DNA of 64,000 bases from Hyphochytrium catenoides (GCA_900088475.1 FLMG01003874.1:1-64000), one strand, 5' to 3'; positions 38,197-52,207 are shown, counted from the first letter of the stretch. Notes: a model not told the origin generated them from the letters alone. Translations and numbers: made by a program.

Positions 38197-41100
38197 ATGC
38201 CGCCTCAGAATGAGACTCAGGATGAAGCCCGCGCGGCTGCGGCTGTGCAAATGGCAGCCAAGCGTCTTGTGCGGAGAGGAACCAACTCCTCGGAACTCTC
38301 GTTTGGTAACAGAGCTTCTCTGGTCAATCTGCTCTTCCCAACAACACCTGTTCGGGCAGCTAGCAACGCGCCTGAACCACTGTCTTTTGGACTTTCGCCA
38401 GGAAAGAGCATTTTTTTCAACCGAGTGGCTGATCCTGCTGGCATCTATGAGTCCCCAGAAGTGTTTGCCCAATCTCCTCCAAAGCCAAAATTCACCGAAG
38501 CAGTACCCGCTGAGCAGAAGCTTGCCAATGCGATCACAGCTAGCGCCCATGTAGCTTATAAACTGAGCGACATCCTCTTTTTATATCCAGCAGCGGCACC
38601 GGAATTTGGCGATGAAGCCTTAGGCTGGCAGGAGGAGGGTATTCCTAACGCCTTTGGCTATCCCGGAAAGGTTACTAAAATGCATAGCCGCAATGGCGCT
38701 GCGGGGACTGTGCATGGTGCCCTCCTGACGGGCGAGCACGCTTCTGTCCTGTGCTCTGGACAGTCACTGCCGCTCATGATTCCCTCCATGTACCGGATTG
38801 CCAGGTCCAGAATTCCGACGGTCTTTCACGTTGCAGCCGAGAGTACGGAGGACGATTTATCTCTCATTAACTCTCACGATGACGTGATGGCAGTTCGCCA
38901 CGCTGGCTTCGCCATGCTCTCCTCGTCGACGCCACAAGAGAGCCATGACCTTTCAGTCATCGCACACATTGCATCTCTCCAGCAAAGTTCTCCTTTCCTA
39001 CATTTCTTTGACGGGAAAACTGCTTCCAAGGAGCTCTCTGCTGTAAAGCTTCTCTCCACAGAGACACTGAAGAACATTGCCCAATCTGAAGGGGTACAAC
39101 GCCACCGCAACAGGCTAGAGACCGGAAACGCTTCTTCTTCAAGCGCAACTTCGTTCCGCGATGCGGCGCTTGTTCATGACTTGGTATCTTTGATGAACTC
39201 TCTAACAAATGTTCTTGGTAAAGAGTACCAGCCGTTTGAGTATCATGGGGCAGCAGATGCTGAGGCCGTGGTGGTGGTAATGGGAACTGCGGGCGCCGTA
39301 CTTCACGAGGTGATTGATCATCTCCGCCTTGGAAGGAGAAAATTCGGTTTACTCAAGGTCAGACTGTTTAGGCCCTGGTCTGCGGAGCACTTCCTGAAAG
39401 CCTTGCCTTCCACTGTGCGGCGCATTGCCGTACTCGATCGTTGTGGGGAGTATGCTGGGGAAGCTGACCCTCTGTATATGGACGTCCAGTCCTCCATCTC
39501 CTCGGCGGATTGGTTTGGCAAGGCACCTCAAGTGGTTGGTGGTCGCTATGGCACTACAAGCGCGGGGTTTACGGCTGAGATGGCCGCGGCTGTCTTCTCC
39601 TACCTCGAAGGCGAAGTTATTGCTCATTCCTTTGCAGTGGGCTTCGAAGATCCTCTGGGCGTTCACCTCTCCATTCCCGTTCCCAAGAAGCTAAAGCTAA
39701 ACGCTCTCTCTAGACACATTGTGCTCTGGGACGAGGTACCGGGCGCCTCTAAGAACAGTGTGCTTGAGCATCAGGACCTCGTCATGCACCTTCATGAGCA
39801 CGATGACCTCAGTGTGCAGGGTACTTTTAGCTTGGATAGTAGGAAGGCCTTGGTGGCCAGCAGGAGCAATCTATCCTTTTATGTGAAGGGAAAGCAGCCC
39901 AGCTTCGTTCCAGACGCGGTATACGGAGACCTGGTGGCCTGCGCGTCGGAGTCTTTGCTTGGACTATTCGATGTTACTGCTAACCTTAAAAATGGAGGTA
40001 TTTTTCTCCTAAACAGCTCTGGGGAAGGCGAACTGGAAGATCGGTTCTCCTCCTCTCTCAAGTTCCAGTTGGCCACTATGCAGGCGCGTGTACTGGTTCT
40101 GGATGCGCAAAAGGTGGCTGATGAGTTTGGCTTGAGCGTATCCCGAGTCATGCAGCTTGCAGCCATCTCTCTTTTGGATCTTGTAGAGGAGTCAGTGCTA
40201 AACGGGCTCATCAGCACTGCAACTCCGGAGTCAGTCCTGCAGCACATTGAAGGCGCACTCATGCCCGTTCTCTACTCTTCAAAATGGGTGTTACGTGAGG
40301 NNNNNNNNNNNNNNNNNNNNNNNNNNNNNNNNNNNNNNNNNNNNNNNNNNNNNNNNNNNNNNNNNNNNNNNNNNNNNNNNNNNNNNNNNNNNNTTCAAGT
40401 CCACCATCTCTTATCTTATTGGAGCTCCCGCCCACTCTGAGGCGAAGACTGCTCGGCGAGCGTTGCCCCACGAAGCTATCCTGCCAAAGCTGTTCCCAGC
40501 TGCTTATGGTGCAAAGGATGGATTTCGTCACAGTGCTACAGCCATTCTTACAGTCACGAAGTGGCAGCGCCTTACTCCTCTAGATTACGACCGCAACGTC
40601 TTCCATATCGAATTTGATACCACAGGCACTGGACTAACCTATAAAATTGGAGAGGCACTTGCTGTGTATGGCCACAATGACGAGAGAGAAGTTGATAGAT
40701 TCCTTGAGTTCTATGGCTTGGCCGCTGACGACGTGGTAACCATGCCAAGAGGAAACAAGCAAAAGAAGGAAGAGCCACTGCCCGGAGAGTCAGAGACGAT
40801 TCGACATGAAGTTGTAAGCGTTGGGCAGCTCTTTACCCAGGTCTTGGACATCTTTGGCCGCCCACCTAAGAAGTTCTATGAGGGTCTTGCAGACCATGCA
40901 ACGGATGAGAAAGAGAAGGAGAAGCTCAACCACATCGTGTCTCCTGAGGGCAAGGAGGAGTTGCAAAGGAGAATCGAGGAGACCATCACGTACGCTGACC
41001 TTTTGAGAGAGTTCCGTTCGGCAAGGCCCTCTTTGGAAGAACTCATCCGTTTAATCAGCCCCATCAAGCCGCGTCACTACTCTATCGCATCTTCAATGAA

Positions 41101-41722
41101 GATGAACCCAAATAGCGTGCACCTCTTGATTGTGGTGCATGACTGGAAGACGCCATCGGGGGCATACAAGATCGGCCAATGCACTCGATACCTAAGCAGT
41201 CTGCGGGAGGGAGCCAAGGTCTCTGTTGCTGTCTGTTCTTCCGTCATGAAGCTACCGAAGGACCACAAGGATCCTATCATCATGGCTGGTTTGGGTACAG
41301 GTATGGCACCGTTCCGCGCCTTCATCCAAGAGCGAGCATATTGGAAGGCGCAGGGAGAAGAGGTTGGTCCGATCTCTCTTTACTTCGGCTCTCGGTACAA
41401 GTCCAAGGAGTTCCTCTATGGAGACGAGATGGAGGCGTATCATCGTGAGGGGCTTCTTACCAACCTGCGCACTGCCTTCTCGCGTGACCAGAAGGAGAAG
41501 ATTTACATCCAACACCGGATGAATGAGGATGAAGAGCAGCTGGGCGAATATATGACCCAGAGGAATGGTCACTTCTATCTCTGTGGCCCCACCTGGCCAG
41601 CAAGTGATGTAAAGGACGCAATGGTCCGTGCTCTGGTGGCTGGGGGCATGGTGGAGAAGGAGGCAGGCGGACATATTGAGGATCTCAAGAACATTGGCCG
41701 TTATGTTCTGGAGGTTTATTAG
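38197..41722 (+). CDS. MET10: Sulfite reductase [NADPH] flavoprotein subunit, fungal Met10-type (PFOR-like N-terminal domains + FAD/NADPH-binding reductase); spans N-gap 40301-40393
   Basis: PFOR-like motifs 'GAAGTVHGAL', 'LMIPSMYRIA', 'PFLHFFDG', 'FEYHGAADAE', 'KVRLFRPWS'; reductase motifs 'RLTPLDYDRNVFHIEFD', 'PRHYSIASS', 'MAGLGTGMAPFRAF', 'AFSRDQ..KIYIQ', 'YLCGP', C-terminus 'GRYVLEVY*'. Confidence 0.85.
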
Positions 41723-41962
41723 AAAGGAGAGACTGTGGATCTCTACTCTTTATGTACGGCAGGGGTATCGATGACACATGAACTTAGAGGTGGTAGCTAC
41801 GCTCAGTCTTTAAATAAATATAACGTCAACATCTCCTATGCCCTTGCCTATCAATCTCCTTAGACTGCTGTAGCGGTGCGTATATAATTCTAGCCAAGGA
41901 CCGCTGTCGTGCTACTGACTCTTCCAGCTTGGTAGTTCTCTAGATCCCTTTATGGATCACAC

Positions 41963-44900
41963 TCAAGCTCGGCGTCGGGTAACAGGAATACCACACGTGA
42001 CGCAACATATTGGGCCATAGCACCTCTTTGAGATAACCCAAGAGAACTCCTCCCTATTTGCTGTCAAACGAATGTTACAACGGGTGTGAGAAGTTTTACG
42101 AGGTAAATACAGCGGAGAGGCATTATAGGTTGCGTTCAAGGACATACCTTCGCACAGGCCGGCAAGCGCCCGCCTACCGCAGAGATCGCATGCAAGATGC
42201 TCAAACTGCTGGATGGGCAAGAAGGTGAGAAAACAGCGTGTAAGCTTATGTCCGCTCCTGCATGCAGCCTCGGTAAGGTCCTTGAAAGATAAGGCTTCGT
42301 CACAAAGAAAGCAATGAAGAGCTTTTTGTTGGACGTCGAACTTTTCTTTGACCTGGATTATAAGCAGAAAACACAAAAGGATTGCTTAAGGTGAAAGCCC
42401 CACGAAAAGGGAAATGAGCTACAAAGGGTTTCCGACCTCGCCGCATAGAGCTCTGGTGCAGTCTCTTGATAGCCAGCTGCTGGATTTACCCCCTGATGTT
42501 TCGTGAGCAGTTGCCTCAGCTGCCTCGAGCATGAGAGCCATTGCGACTTTCTCTCTCTCGGTCAGCCTATCGCTTGCTATATTCTGAGCTACCGCTGTTC
42601 GTAGGCACTTAATAGCCCAAAAGCGCTGTAGCGTCTGGGATAAGAAGTACAGCCTACGAATGAAGAGGAAAACAGCGGAGAACCATTAGGCACTGCCAAG
42701 AGTGAGCAAGACTAACAACTGTCGGACTTCTGCGGACCTTTCTCTTAAGAGAGTGTTTTTAGGATTAAGCTTGTACGCCATCATTGCCACTTTATGCGCT
42801 ATAACCCATCTTAGGAGGTATCTGAACTCTTGTTGCCGTCCTAGTTCTGGTTGCTCATCCTGAGAGCTCCTATCCTCTGTAAGTTTATCGATTAGCACAG
42901 TGCCAAGCAATCCTGCCACTTCACTCTCCTTTAGGGCTTCAGATTCCTGGTTTAACACTTTATTAGTTTTCCGTGACAACTGGCAACCAAAAGACTCTTC
43001 GAAGGGTCAAAGATCGCAGGAGCTGTACGACCCCATGGACTACGCAGAGGAAATATAGAAGAATAGAAATGAAAAGGGAATGAAAGGGGCTAGACATTAG
43101 CCCTAAGGCACCTACGCTATTCTCCAGCTGGTTGACTATATCTTGGTGGACCAGTAACAGAATGTCCCAAGTCGCAGGCAACGAGTCCGCCTTAGCTAAT
43201 CCCCATATGTCCGTGACGTCCGCCTGATCTGCTACTAGAGGATCCTTGTCAGCATATCTGATGGTTATTGAAGAGAACGGAATTGTGCCAAGAACCAGCA
43301 AAGGAACACCGAACACCTAACAGTAAGCCTAGGTATATGGAGATGTACCTGCATTCACCAACTGGACTCTATCGATGACTGTTACAAGAGCCTCAAGGAC
43401 CACTTCGGCCAGTTCCTCACTACCACGAGACTCTAAAGCAGGTCTGATGCTAAGCCTCAATCGCCTTAGTACGTCACTGAGTTTTGCTTTTATGCTCAGC
43501 TGTAGCGGCTTGGGAACGAGGTAGCTAGCCACACTTAGTATTGCGTTGGCGGACAACCCCACTCCTGTTAGGGAAAAGTCATTGGAGCTGCAGAAGGAAG
43601 AATACATCCGGTGCCGCGCAGGCGTTAACAAACTTGATAGCAAAGTGTGGCAACGTGGACTGTAAGGTTTGCATGGGGAATTGGGCTGTATAGGTTACTG
43701 GTCCATGATCCCCTCAATAGAAGGAGACTTAAGAGTATGTGTGGAGGCTAGGCTACCTGGAAAAGGCCTTCTCCGGAACTCCCTGTGAGATGTCCCAGCT
43801 CTTCACTTCTGAATCCAATCCGCAGGTGACGACAGTGGTTTCTTGCACAGCCATGCCTAGCAGTGTGTACGAACGTTTGCTTCTAGTGAGTACAGCCCAA
43901 GAGACATATAGAAGGCCAATAAGCGGGGTGGGCGGCGTAGGCAGGAGTAAGAAGCCCAGGGGACGGCGCGGGCAAGAAAAAGGAGCAGCATGCTTTGATG
44001 AGATCTAGGTAGAAGGTGCATAGACTTACCTGTGATGTTACCGTGATGTGCCATCCAATGACCTTCGATGACCCCTTCCCCCTCCAAATTTATTATGCCG
44101 ACATGCCACCCGTAGCTAACAAGCAGTCGGCGAGGCCGACCTTCCGGTGCTTGTACCTGCGCCAAGGCGAGGGGTGAAGACGGAAGCGTACAGGATAGTC
44201 TTCTCAAGGAAACAAGTCCGTAGTGTTGCCTTCCTGTAGGCAGAATAGTGAACATTTTAGCGTCTGACCCTGGTCACAACAAGACAGACCGACCAGGATT
44301 GACGCGTCGCTCTCCCCAAAGACGGGAAGGACTACAGATCAGACTAGGTAGGACTAGAAGAGAAGGGGTTGTGGACCTTCAAGGGGAGTCGTCAGCCTCA
44401 AGAGCTCCAAATCGCCTGAGCTCCATGCGAGGCAGAGTTCATATGTAGAGGAAGAGTTGTATAAGCCGTGTACCCAAGTGATAGAGTTTATCCAAGCATC
44501 CGACGGAGCAGTGGCCCCCAAGGAGCAGCATGCCGCAATGGAAAGCTTCTCTACTTCTCCTTCCTTCACTCCCACTGGTCTTGCATGCTGCTCCCATACG
44601 GTCACCGTAAGACCTGTGGCCACCGCCAGGAAAGCCACGAGGTCCCCTGTTCGCGAGGGAGCGAGTTCTAGTCAACATGAGCTCAAGAGGAGAAGTCCAT
44701 ATCCCCTACTCTTACATAGTCTGTGGCCAGCACACTTGCAGAGAGAAGGGATAGGCCTTACCGGAAGTTGAGCTGACGAGGGAGGGATACCAGGCGTTGC
44801 ACTGGACTGCAATCAACCGTTTTCTCATAAGATAATCATCGGAATCCGCTGGATTTTGTTATGGCGACGTAGTGCAGCCATCGGGAGTCAAAGGGGCGGA

Positions 44901-45810
44901 GTTCGAGACAGGGGAGGTACAAACTAAGTTCGTCCGCAGCTGTGTCCCTTCTGATAGCTCATACCGTTACTCACCTTCCGCTGATCCAGGAAGAAGCGCG
45001 CCATCTGCTTCCAGCTGTAACAGAAGCCCCTCATTTAACGCCTGTGTAAGGGTGCACTCTACAGAGAGAGAGTTGGCGGGAAAATCGTACAGCAGCGCAT
45101 ATCCCCCAGAAGTAACGACACTGAGTCGTCTCTGCCCGTGGCGGCCACAAGCTGCCATAACGAAGCCCATGAGCGCCTTCACTATATGGCAAAGATAGAC
45201 ACAACTTGAATAGATATATGTAGAGGTCAGGTTGGATGAACAAAGCCAGAAAGGTAAAAGGAGATCGATGCTTCAGAAGTGTCCCGTTAGCCCATACCTG
45301 GAGGGGACCATGCCAATGACATAAATGACGATGCGTCGACGGTGATCTTTGGCAGGCTATGAAGGGTGGTCATCCGGTCCACTAGAACGTCTACTTTTGA
45401 TCTCTTCCATTGCCTGATCTTAAGCTATAGCCTAACTTCAGTATTGTGACACAGCTTATAGGACAAGCAAATGGGATGGTGACCACCTTGGGCTTGAAGA
45501 CGCCAACAGCCTGCTTGAACGCTTCTGCTATCGGCGTGGTCACAGCTGGATCGGGTAGTGGAATAGAGTAACGAGAACCTAAACCGCCAACCGCGATACT
45601 CTTCTCCAATCTAAGACGAGTCGATTATCAATATAACCATGACGCAGAGCCTAGAAGGGGGCAAACGTTTATAAGCTTACGACATAATGTGAATCTCCTC
45701 GATGCCATTGACAGCAAGCCAGCCATCCCGAGCAAGCGCCACGCTGTTTGGAAAGTACGACGTGCCCGTTAACTTCACAACCTCCTCGTTCCTGTCATTA
45801 GAAGTGCATT
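41963..45810 (-). CDS. TFIIIC 90-kDa/delta subunit-like (GTF3C4): beta-propeller plus C-terminal zinc finger, multi-exon; start uncertain
   Basis: N-terminal 'PNSVALARDGWLAV', 'SLAWSPPG', WD-like 'HHGNITG'; C-terminal 'HCFLCDEAL..ACRSGHKLTRCFLT..CDLCGR..CCVTCG', the zf-TFIIIC pattern. Confidence 0.75.
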
Positions 45811-48800
45811 CTAAGTAGTGCAAGACATAGCTTGCCTCTTTTACTCGGACTTACATCTTGACCACCGAAGCTATCAGGTCATAAAGGCATCATATGGCTA
45901 TCTCACCACAGAAGGGCCCCATGCAGGATTAGTTGCCTTACAAGGATGCCAGTACGAGGGGAGAAGTCGCACTCCATTAGACCAAGCAAGGTCCTTTCCT
46001 AAGGCAGATAACTTTCTTCGCCACTAGCGCACAGCGCTGCCGCCTGTGACTAGTCTCAGTCCTCTCTCTCTCCTCCGTCAGGCACTATCTGCTTCGCTCT
46101 GGATTTGAGCCCCTAACACGCCTCACAGGCAGCAGATGGCCATCATCTGCAGTGTCACCGTGGAACAGCAAGCGTAGGTGGATGACACGTCTTATAATAA
46201 TATAGGGGTGATGGTGGAGGTCAAGGTAACGAAGAAGGCCAGTGAGTTGTCAAGGAGGTGAGCCTCCTCCTCCAGAAAGCTTGCTGAGTTTGAAAAAAAT
46301 TTTGACGTTTGAGTTATCTCAATGACGACAACATTGATGGGTTTATAGAATAATCTCTATAAGTTATCTACCCTTCAAAAGCTTGTGAGTTTGTTGGGTA
46401 ATTGAGTTTGACTTTCAGCACCGATCAGAATCTCTGATCAGGATCTCTACTGTCATCGTTCTTCTCTTCTTCGGTTCATGACAGATGCTCTCTTGCTGCT
46501 CCGCCGTCAGTGGTCGATGCCGCACAACAGTGATCATCCTCCTCTTCTTTCGTCTTTCGGAGACCCATCATTCGGTCGACGCGACAGCTTGGCAGCAATC
46601 TCAGTCGCTGTTCGATGCCCGTTATAAGGGTGGTCCCGTCATTAGGACTATGTCTGCTCGGCCTAACTTTGCTTTGGGTACTTGGAACCAACAATGAGAC
46701 CTACGAGAAGACACACCTCGTCACAGAGTCCCTCATGGGACCAACCTCATAACGATGACTGAGCAAGAAAGAACGAGCGATGATTGGGGTTAACGACTTC
46801 AAATGTCGTTGCAGCTCATACCACAGAAGAGCTTTGGGATTGTTCTTGATGATATAACCAAGGGAATCTCCTAGAAAGCGACGACTAGTCCACTGTCGGA
46901 AAAATTGGCCACCCGCATAACTTGGTAAGACCGCTTCTCGTAGAGAGCTAGGACCTTAGAGAAGTTCGTCGGCGCGGGTTCTCCTCCCTTGTGACGAGAG
47001 ACATGAGTCCTTTACAATTAAAGTAACTTCTCCAGTTGCCATTCGCAGACCTCGAAGATCGATTGGCCAGTTAGTTTGACCGTAAGGGATAAAGAAGTAG
47101 TGGAGATGATTGATGCTACAAAACCACCAGCGCAGGAGGAGTAGAAGCCTGAGAAGATGAGGAAGAGTCCGACGAGGTCGAACGAAGAGAAAGTAGTCTT
47201 CTCAAAGGAGGCATCCGTCTCCCAAACACGTCAAAGATGGAAGGAACTAGCAATCGAAGATCTAAGTCAAAGGACGTGGGTCCATAACCTGTCAGCGAAG
47301 TGGNNNNNNNNNNNNNNNNNNNNNNNNNNNNNNNNNNNNNNNNNNNNNNNNNNNNNNNNNNNNNNNNCCTTCCAGAGCAGAGAACGAAGGAGTATAATAG
47401 TAGGGAAAATCAAGCACTAAAGAATGTATAAAGAAGAACTGTGCTATCAATAAGTGGCTGCTGATCAACAGTGGCTCTTGACGATAAGTGACTCTTGAAC
47501 TCATAAAGTTGATTGACATATAGGCAGCAGCGACGTAAGTGCAAAGCTAAACCTAAGGCCAACAGATGCAGCCGCCGCCACAACTGCTGTGCCGGGCGAA
47601 GGCGCGATGACCAGGGGATGGCTGTCTGGAGCCTGCTACTATTGAGGAGTGCATTGCACTACCTTCTCATCAGTACACTATGCCCACGTGGCTACTACTA
47701 CTAGGGATTGTCTACTTATTATCGCCAGGTCTTGACTTCCATCATAATTAGGTCAGCTGCTCTAATGTAGCGCAGGAGAACAAGTGCAATGCCATCCGTC
47801 GCTTTTTCTTTGCTTAGTCAGAGCGATCGTTTTGGCTTTGCAGAGTGTCAGAACAAAGGGCCTAGCGTTTAATCCAGCTCAAGATGGCCTCGTTTGCTTC
47901 GGAAGAGAGTAGCCATGTTGCATATTAGCAGGAGGGAGGCGGCTAATGGTGCTCTGGCTTTCGTCCTACATTATTCTAATCTCCTTGTGGCGTAAGCACA
48001 GGCATTTTAATGGAATGGGATGGTGATTTCATCTGCAGGGTAACTATGAATGGTGCTAGTGTTGTGAACGGTGCTAGTGTCTCTGCATTCCGCACCTCTT
48101 GGTGCGTTCGTTTCCAAGTCCCAACTGGACCCTTACGTCAGGGCCACGAATTAGACGGTAAAGTAGCTCAGAAGCCATCATAGCCAGCCGATAGCCAAAG
48201 GAGGGAGAGTTGAGAATGGGAACTAAGGAGCTCTTGACTGCTCCTCCCCAAGCTTCGCTCCCATCACCAAGGAGGAGGATGGCTTCAGGTAACAAGCTCG
48301 CAGGTCACACCACAACGGCGCCATCACACGAGGATCTCGTCCTCCTAATAGAAGGACCCTAGACAACAATCGCCTTGTGGAGCTTCATGAAGGCGGCAAC
48401 TACGTGGCCGCATCACATTGAGGCGCAGGCGGCGCTGGCAGCATCAGCATGCAGACAAAAAGAGAAGAAGGAGAAGGAGAGAGGAGGGAAGAGATGTTCA
48501 CTTGAAGAAACGAGTTTGTTCCCTATCAGCTCAGCCGGCATCTCTTGGCCCGGAATCTCCATATTACTACTCATCCTGTTGGAACCGAATATGACTAAGA
48601 TTAGAGTATGTGGAGTGAAAGTATTTTTTCTCTCTGTCTTTGGAAAGAAGCAAGCAGATACATGACCCATCACTGACAGGGCAAAGACAGAGGAGGTGCA
48701 GAGATATAGGTCAGGGAGTGTAGCATACACAGACAGAAGAGGTTTTGGCCTATTTAATCCCATAATAAGAATCGACCTAGAGAGAACTGGAGATGTATAT

Positions 48801-49090
48801 CTGGTAAAGAAAGAGCATGTTAGAGATACGGGACTAGACATACCGAACTTTCGAACAAGAAAGCTGCGATTGACCTGTTGTAAGCAGCTCCTGAGTTGTT
48901 GCCTTCCACTTACGATCCTTCGTGAGCTGCTAATCTGGGCCTGAGACGTGGTTGCTCACCATTGACCCAAGGGAATACAAGTGTGCAAGGAGAAAAAGGA
49001 GATCTTTCCTGCTCTATGACGTTATCTTCGCCGTCTAGCAGCTCCTAGAGGCGCGTCGCTTGATTGCGCCACATATAATAGCCGTCGAGG

Positions 49091-52000
49091 ATGACCAAAC
49101 TTTTTAGAAAAGCACTCCAGACGCTCCTCTTCGCGCTGCTCCTGATCCATGTGCTCGGCGAAGAGGAGCCGCGACACGATAAGGATGAAGTTAGCATGTC
49201 AGAGAAAGCCTCAGAGAATAATGTCGCTGAGCCATCAAGCCTGAAAGGTGCTACCGTCAAGCTTCAGCTTAAACTAGACGGGAGCGTAGATGTCGAGAAG
49301 TACCAGGAGAGCATCAATCAGCAGCTTCAGCAGCTATTGGAGCAGGCAGGCGGTGGTGCGACGCAGGTAAGGAGATATCATTATAGGTACTTCTTTATTA
49401 TTTCAAACTCACCTTCAGGTCCAGACGTTCGATAAGGAGGACGTAGTAAATAAAGTCCTTGAGCTCGTCAGAAGTATAGGAGCTGCGGACGAAGGGGCAG
49501 ATCGCGATAACCCAATAACCGTTGAGGGTTTGACGGCCGCTTTAGATGGAGCGGAAGAGATTAGTGTCGGTGGCCAGCTGAGCCTGACCGTTGATTACGC
49601 TGTCAATAGCAGAGAGAGCATCGCCGTCCAGGATATTATGGACGAGATATTCATGGCTGAGAATGCGACAGAGCTGCTTTTGGAACTAGAAAGATTGGCA
49701 CGGGAAGGAAATCTGTGAGTCGCTCTGTCGTGCGATTTGAATTATCCTAGAGCGTTAACGTACTTTCTATAGCTTCGCCAAGATGGAAATGGGAGTGCTG
49801 GGCCTGTTGGGTGCTAGAAGTCTGCCTCACATTAGTGATGCGGACTACCTAGATATGCTTCTCGACGCCGCTGAGAATGGCATGGTTGGAGCTTCGCGGA
49901 CGCTAGGCATAATGACAGTGGCGAACATGCTTGCACCCAATTACCTGACCTCTGATCTGGACACTACTGCACGAGAAGTAGGCACAAAGTCCTTTTGCTT
50001 TTCTATCTCTCTTCATACTTGAGACTGCGGTTACCTCTTCCCTTGCTTTGGCGGTCAACCCCCAAAAGCTCAGAGCCTGCTTTCCCTACTGCAGTATATA
50101 ACGACAGCAGCGGAGGCAGGGGATCTGCCTGCGACTTTGATGCTGGGATACTGGACGTTCTATGGCCTTCATGGTGTTAAAGGCGATTGTCAAGCTGCTT
50201 GGGGTCACTATGAGAAGATTGCGCTCGCAGTATTGGAGAGTCTATATGGCCAAGGCCCACAGAGTGACTCAAGTGAGGTTTACGTCGAGCATGAAGGCCA
50301 ATATGGTAGGTGTCGTGACGATTGTATGCTGCCTGTGATGTTCGACCAATAAAACAGACAATTGCACCAGGCTCGGCTTGGATCGAGAGTCCAATTACTG
50401 GGCATGAAGTTCAATACTACGAAGAGCTTGCGGAACGCGCAAATGACCCGGACGCTGCAGCTATTCTGGGTGAGATATACTACTTTGGCCTAGAAGATGC
50501 TGGCGTTCGACAGGACCTAGGACGAGCGGTTCGTTATTTTCGCCGGGCTGCGAATCAAGGTCACCCAGCTGCACAGGCCAACCTAGGGCTCCTCCACGCC
50601 AAGGTGACTCAAAGTCAAGGCAGGCTTGATGTGTATCCTGTTAACTGTCACTGAAATAGGGCCAGGGAGTAGAGGCTGATCCGCATGAAGCCGTGAGGCT
50701 TTTTAACGCCAGCGCCGATTCTGGAAATGCCCTGGCTAAGAATGGTCTGGCGTATATGTAAGACAATTCAGCATGTGTTGGAAGCTACTCGATGGTTACT
50801 AGCAAGGCCATAGGTATCTGGATGGCCTTGGCGTCCCCAAGAATCAGACAAAAGCTGTAGAGTTATTCAAGGAGGCAGCCGAGCTTGGGCAGCCAGACGC
50901 ACTGTATACCCTTGGAGTGTTGCATATGACGGTAAACGCTTACGTATTTGGTGAAGACGGTGCCTTTGGTGCTCATTGCATCGGTGCAGGGGCGTGGCTT
51001 ACCAATGGACCTGGATTTAGCGTATCATTACTTCGAGGCATCTGCTAGATCTGGCTCTACTCAAGGAGCCGTAAATGCAGCCACCCTAGAGATGCAGGGG
51101 TTGGGCACGTGTGAGAGTGCTGTGGAGAGGTAGGATAGTTGTGCACGCTACTATGGCTAGGAGAAGTGCTACCGATTAATCTCTGTATTCCTCTTCTCTC
51201 TGGCTGAACTCCCCAAATGCAGGCTGATTGAGGTCGTTCGACGATCGCCAGTGCTGACGGAACTTCCGTACCCTAAGTCCTTAGCCTTAGAGCTCTATCG
51301 CGTAGGAGATTACACGGCTGCGCTCAGAATTTACGCCGCTCAAGGGGCGCTGGGCGATGCCGTGTCGCAACAGAATGCTGCCTACATGCTCCGGTTGCGA
51401 AAAGGGATCATGAATTATAGGTACCTGGAAGTTAGTCTACTGCGCGAGATTGCAAGTTCTCATTTACTCCTTCAGAGTTGCCTGGGAAGAAACTTCGGCT
51501 CTCGTAGAAGACGGGCAGGAGGATGAGCAGGAATGTCTGTGGTGCGACAGTCAGGCATTTCTTTTTTACGAAAAAGCAGCCCGTCAAGGCCAAGCTCAGG
51601 CTAGCAGGCACCTTGCCGAGTGCTACAGCACTGGCTGGTCTGGAATCTGCGAGCAAAACTTCACCAAATCCGCCTTTTATTATGATGCTGCGGCGGAGTC
51701 TGGAGATGCACACGCCATAACAGACGCGCTATTCCTCCACCTAGGCCTCTCAAAGCTACCATCCAATTTGACTAGAGCCAAGGTGAGCCTCGGAGAGCAC
51801 AAGGCATTTCGACATCTTTAGTTGAGACTGTGTCACACGTTACCAATTGATGCTCCGTCCGCTCGTTTTACCCTGCACTCCATCGCCAGGAGCTGACAAG
51901 GATTTGCACTGAACTTAATTATCCGGAGAACGTCCCGTGCCTTTTTCTCTTCCCGCTGGTAGACGGTGCATTGGGATTAGCATGGCTTCTCAGAAAGCTA

Positions 52001-52207
52001 CAGGGCATCAAGGATATAAACCTCCTGCAGTCCTGTGGAAACCTGGAGTGGATAATGGACGCTGTTATAGCTCTCTCCACGCTGTTGAGTGCCATACTCA
52101 TTGCAAAGTACTTCTTGCGGGCAAGAGCGAGGTCAGGAAGATCTCAATCTGCGCCTATTCGCCCTACGGCGGTTAATGCAGCCTCTAGAAGCACATTGAC
52201 CACATAA
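49091..52207 (+). CDS. Sel1-repeat type I membrane protein (SEL1L/Hrd3-like), multi-exon
   Basis: Signal peptide 'MTKLFRKALQTLLFALLLIHVLG'; repeats 'AAAILGEIYYFG..RAVRYFRRAANQGHPAAQANLGLLH', 'AKNGLAYMYLDGLGV', 'GDAVSQQNAAYML'; C-terminal TM 'AVIALSTLLSAILIAKYFL'. Confidence 0.85.

Noticed and set aside
38081-41674. Numerous overlapping and antisense ORFs over the Met10-like gene and other CDSs
   Set aside because: These are shadow ORFs from codon bias with no recognisable motifs.
44783-44790. GTATCCCT on the minus strand as a second U12 donor, in the TFIIIC gene
   Set aside because: It lies in coding sequence (AWYPS). A canonical GTAAGG donor follows shortly after, and there is no U12 branch point.
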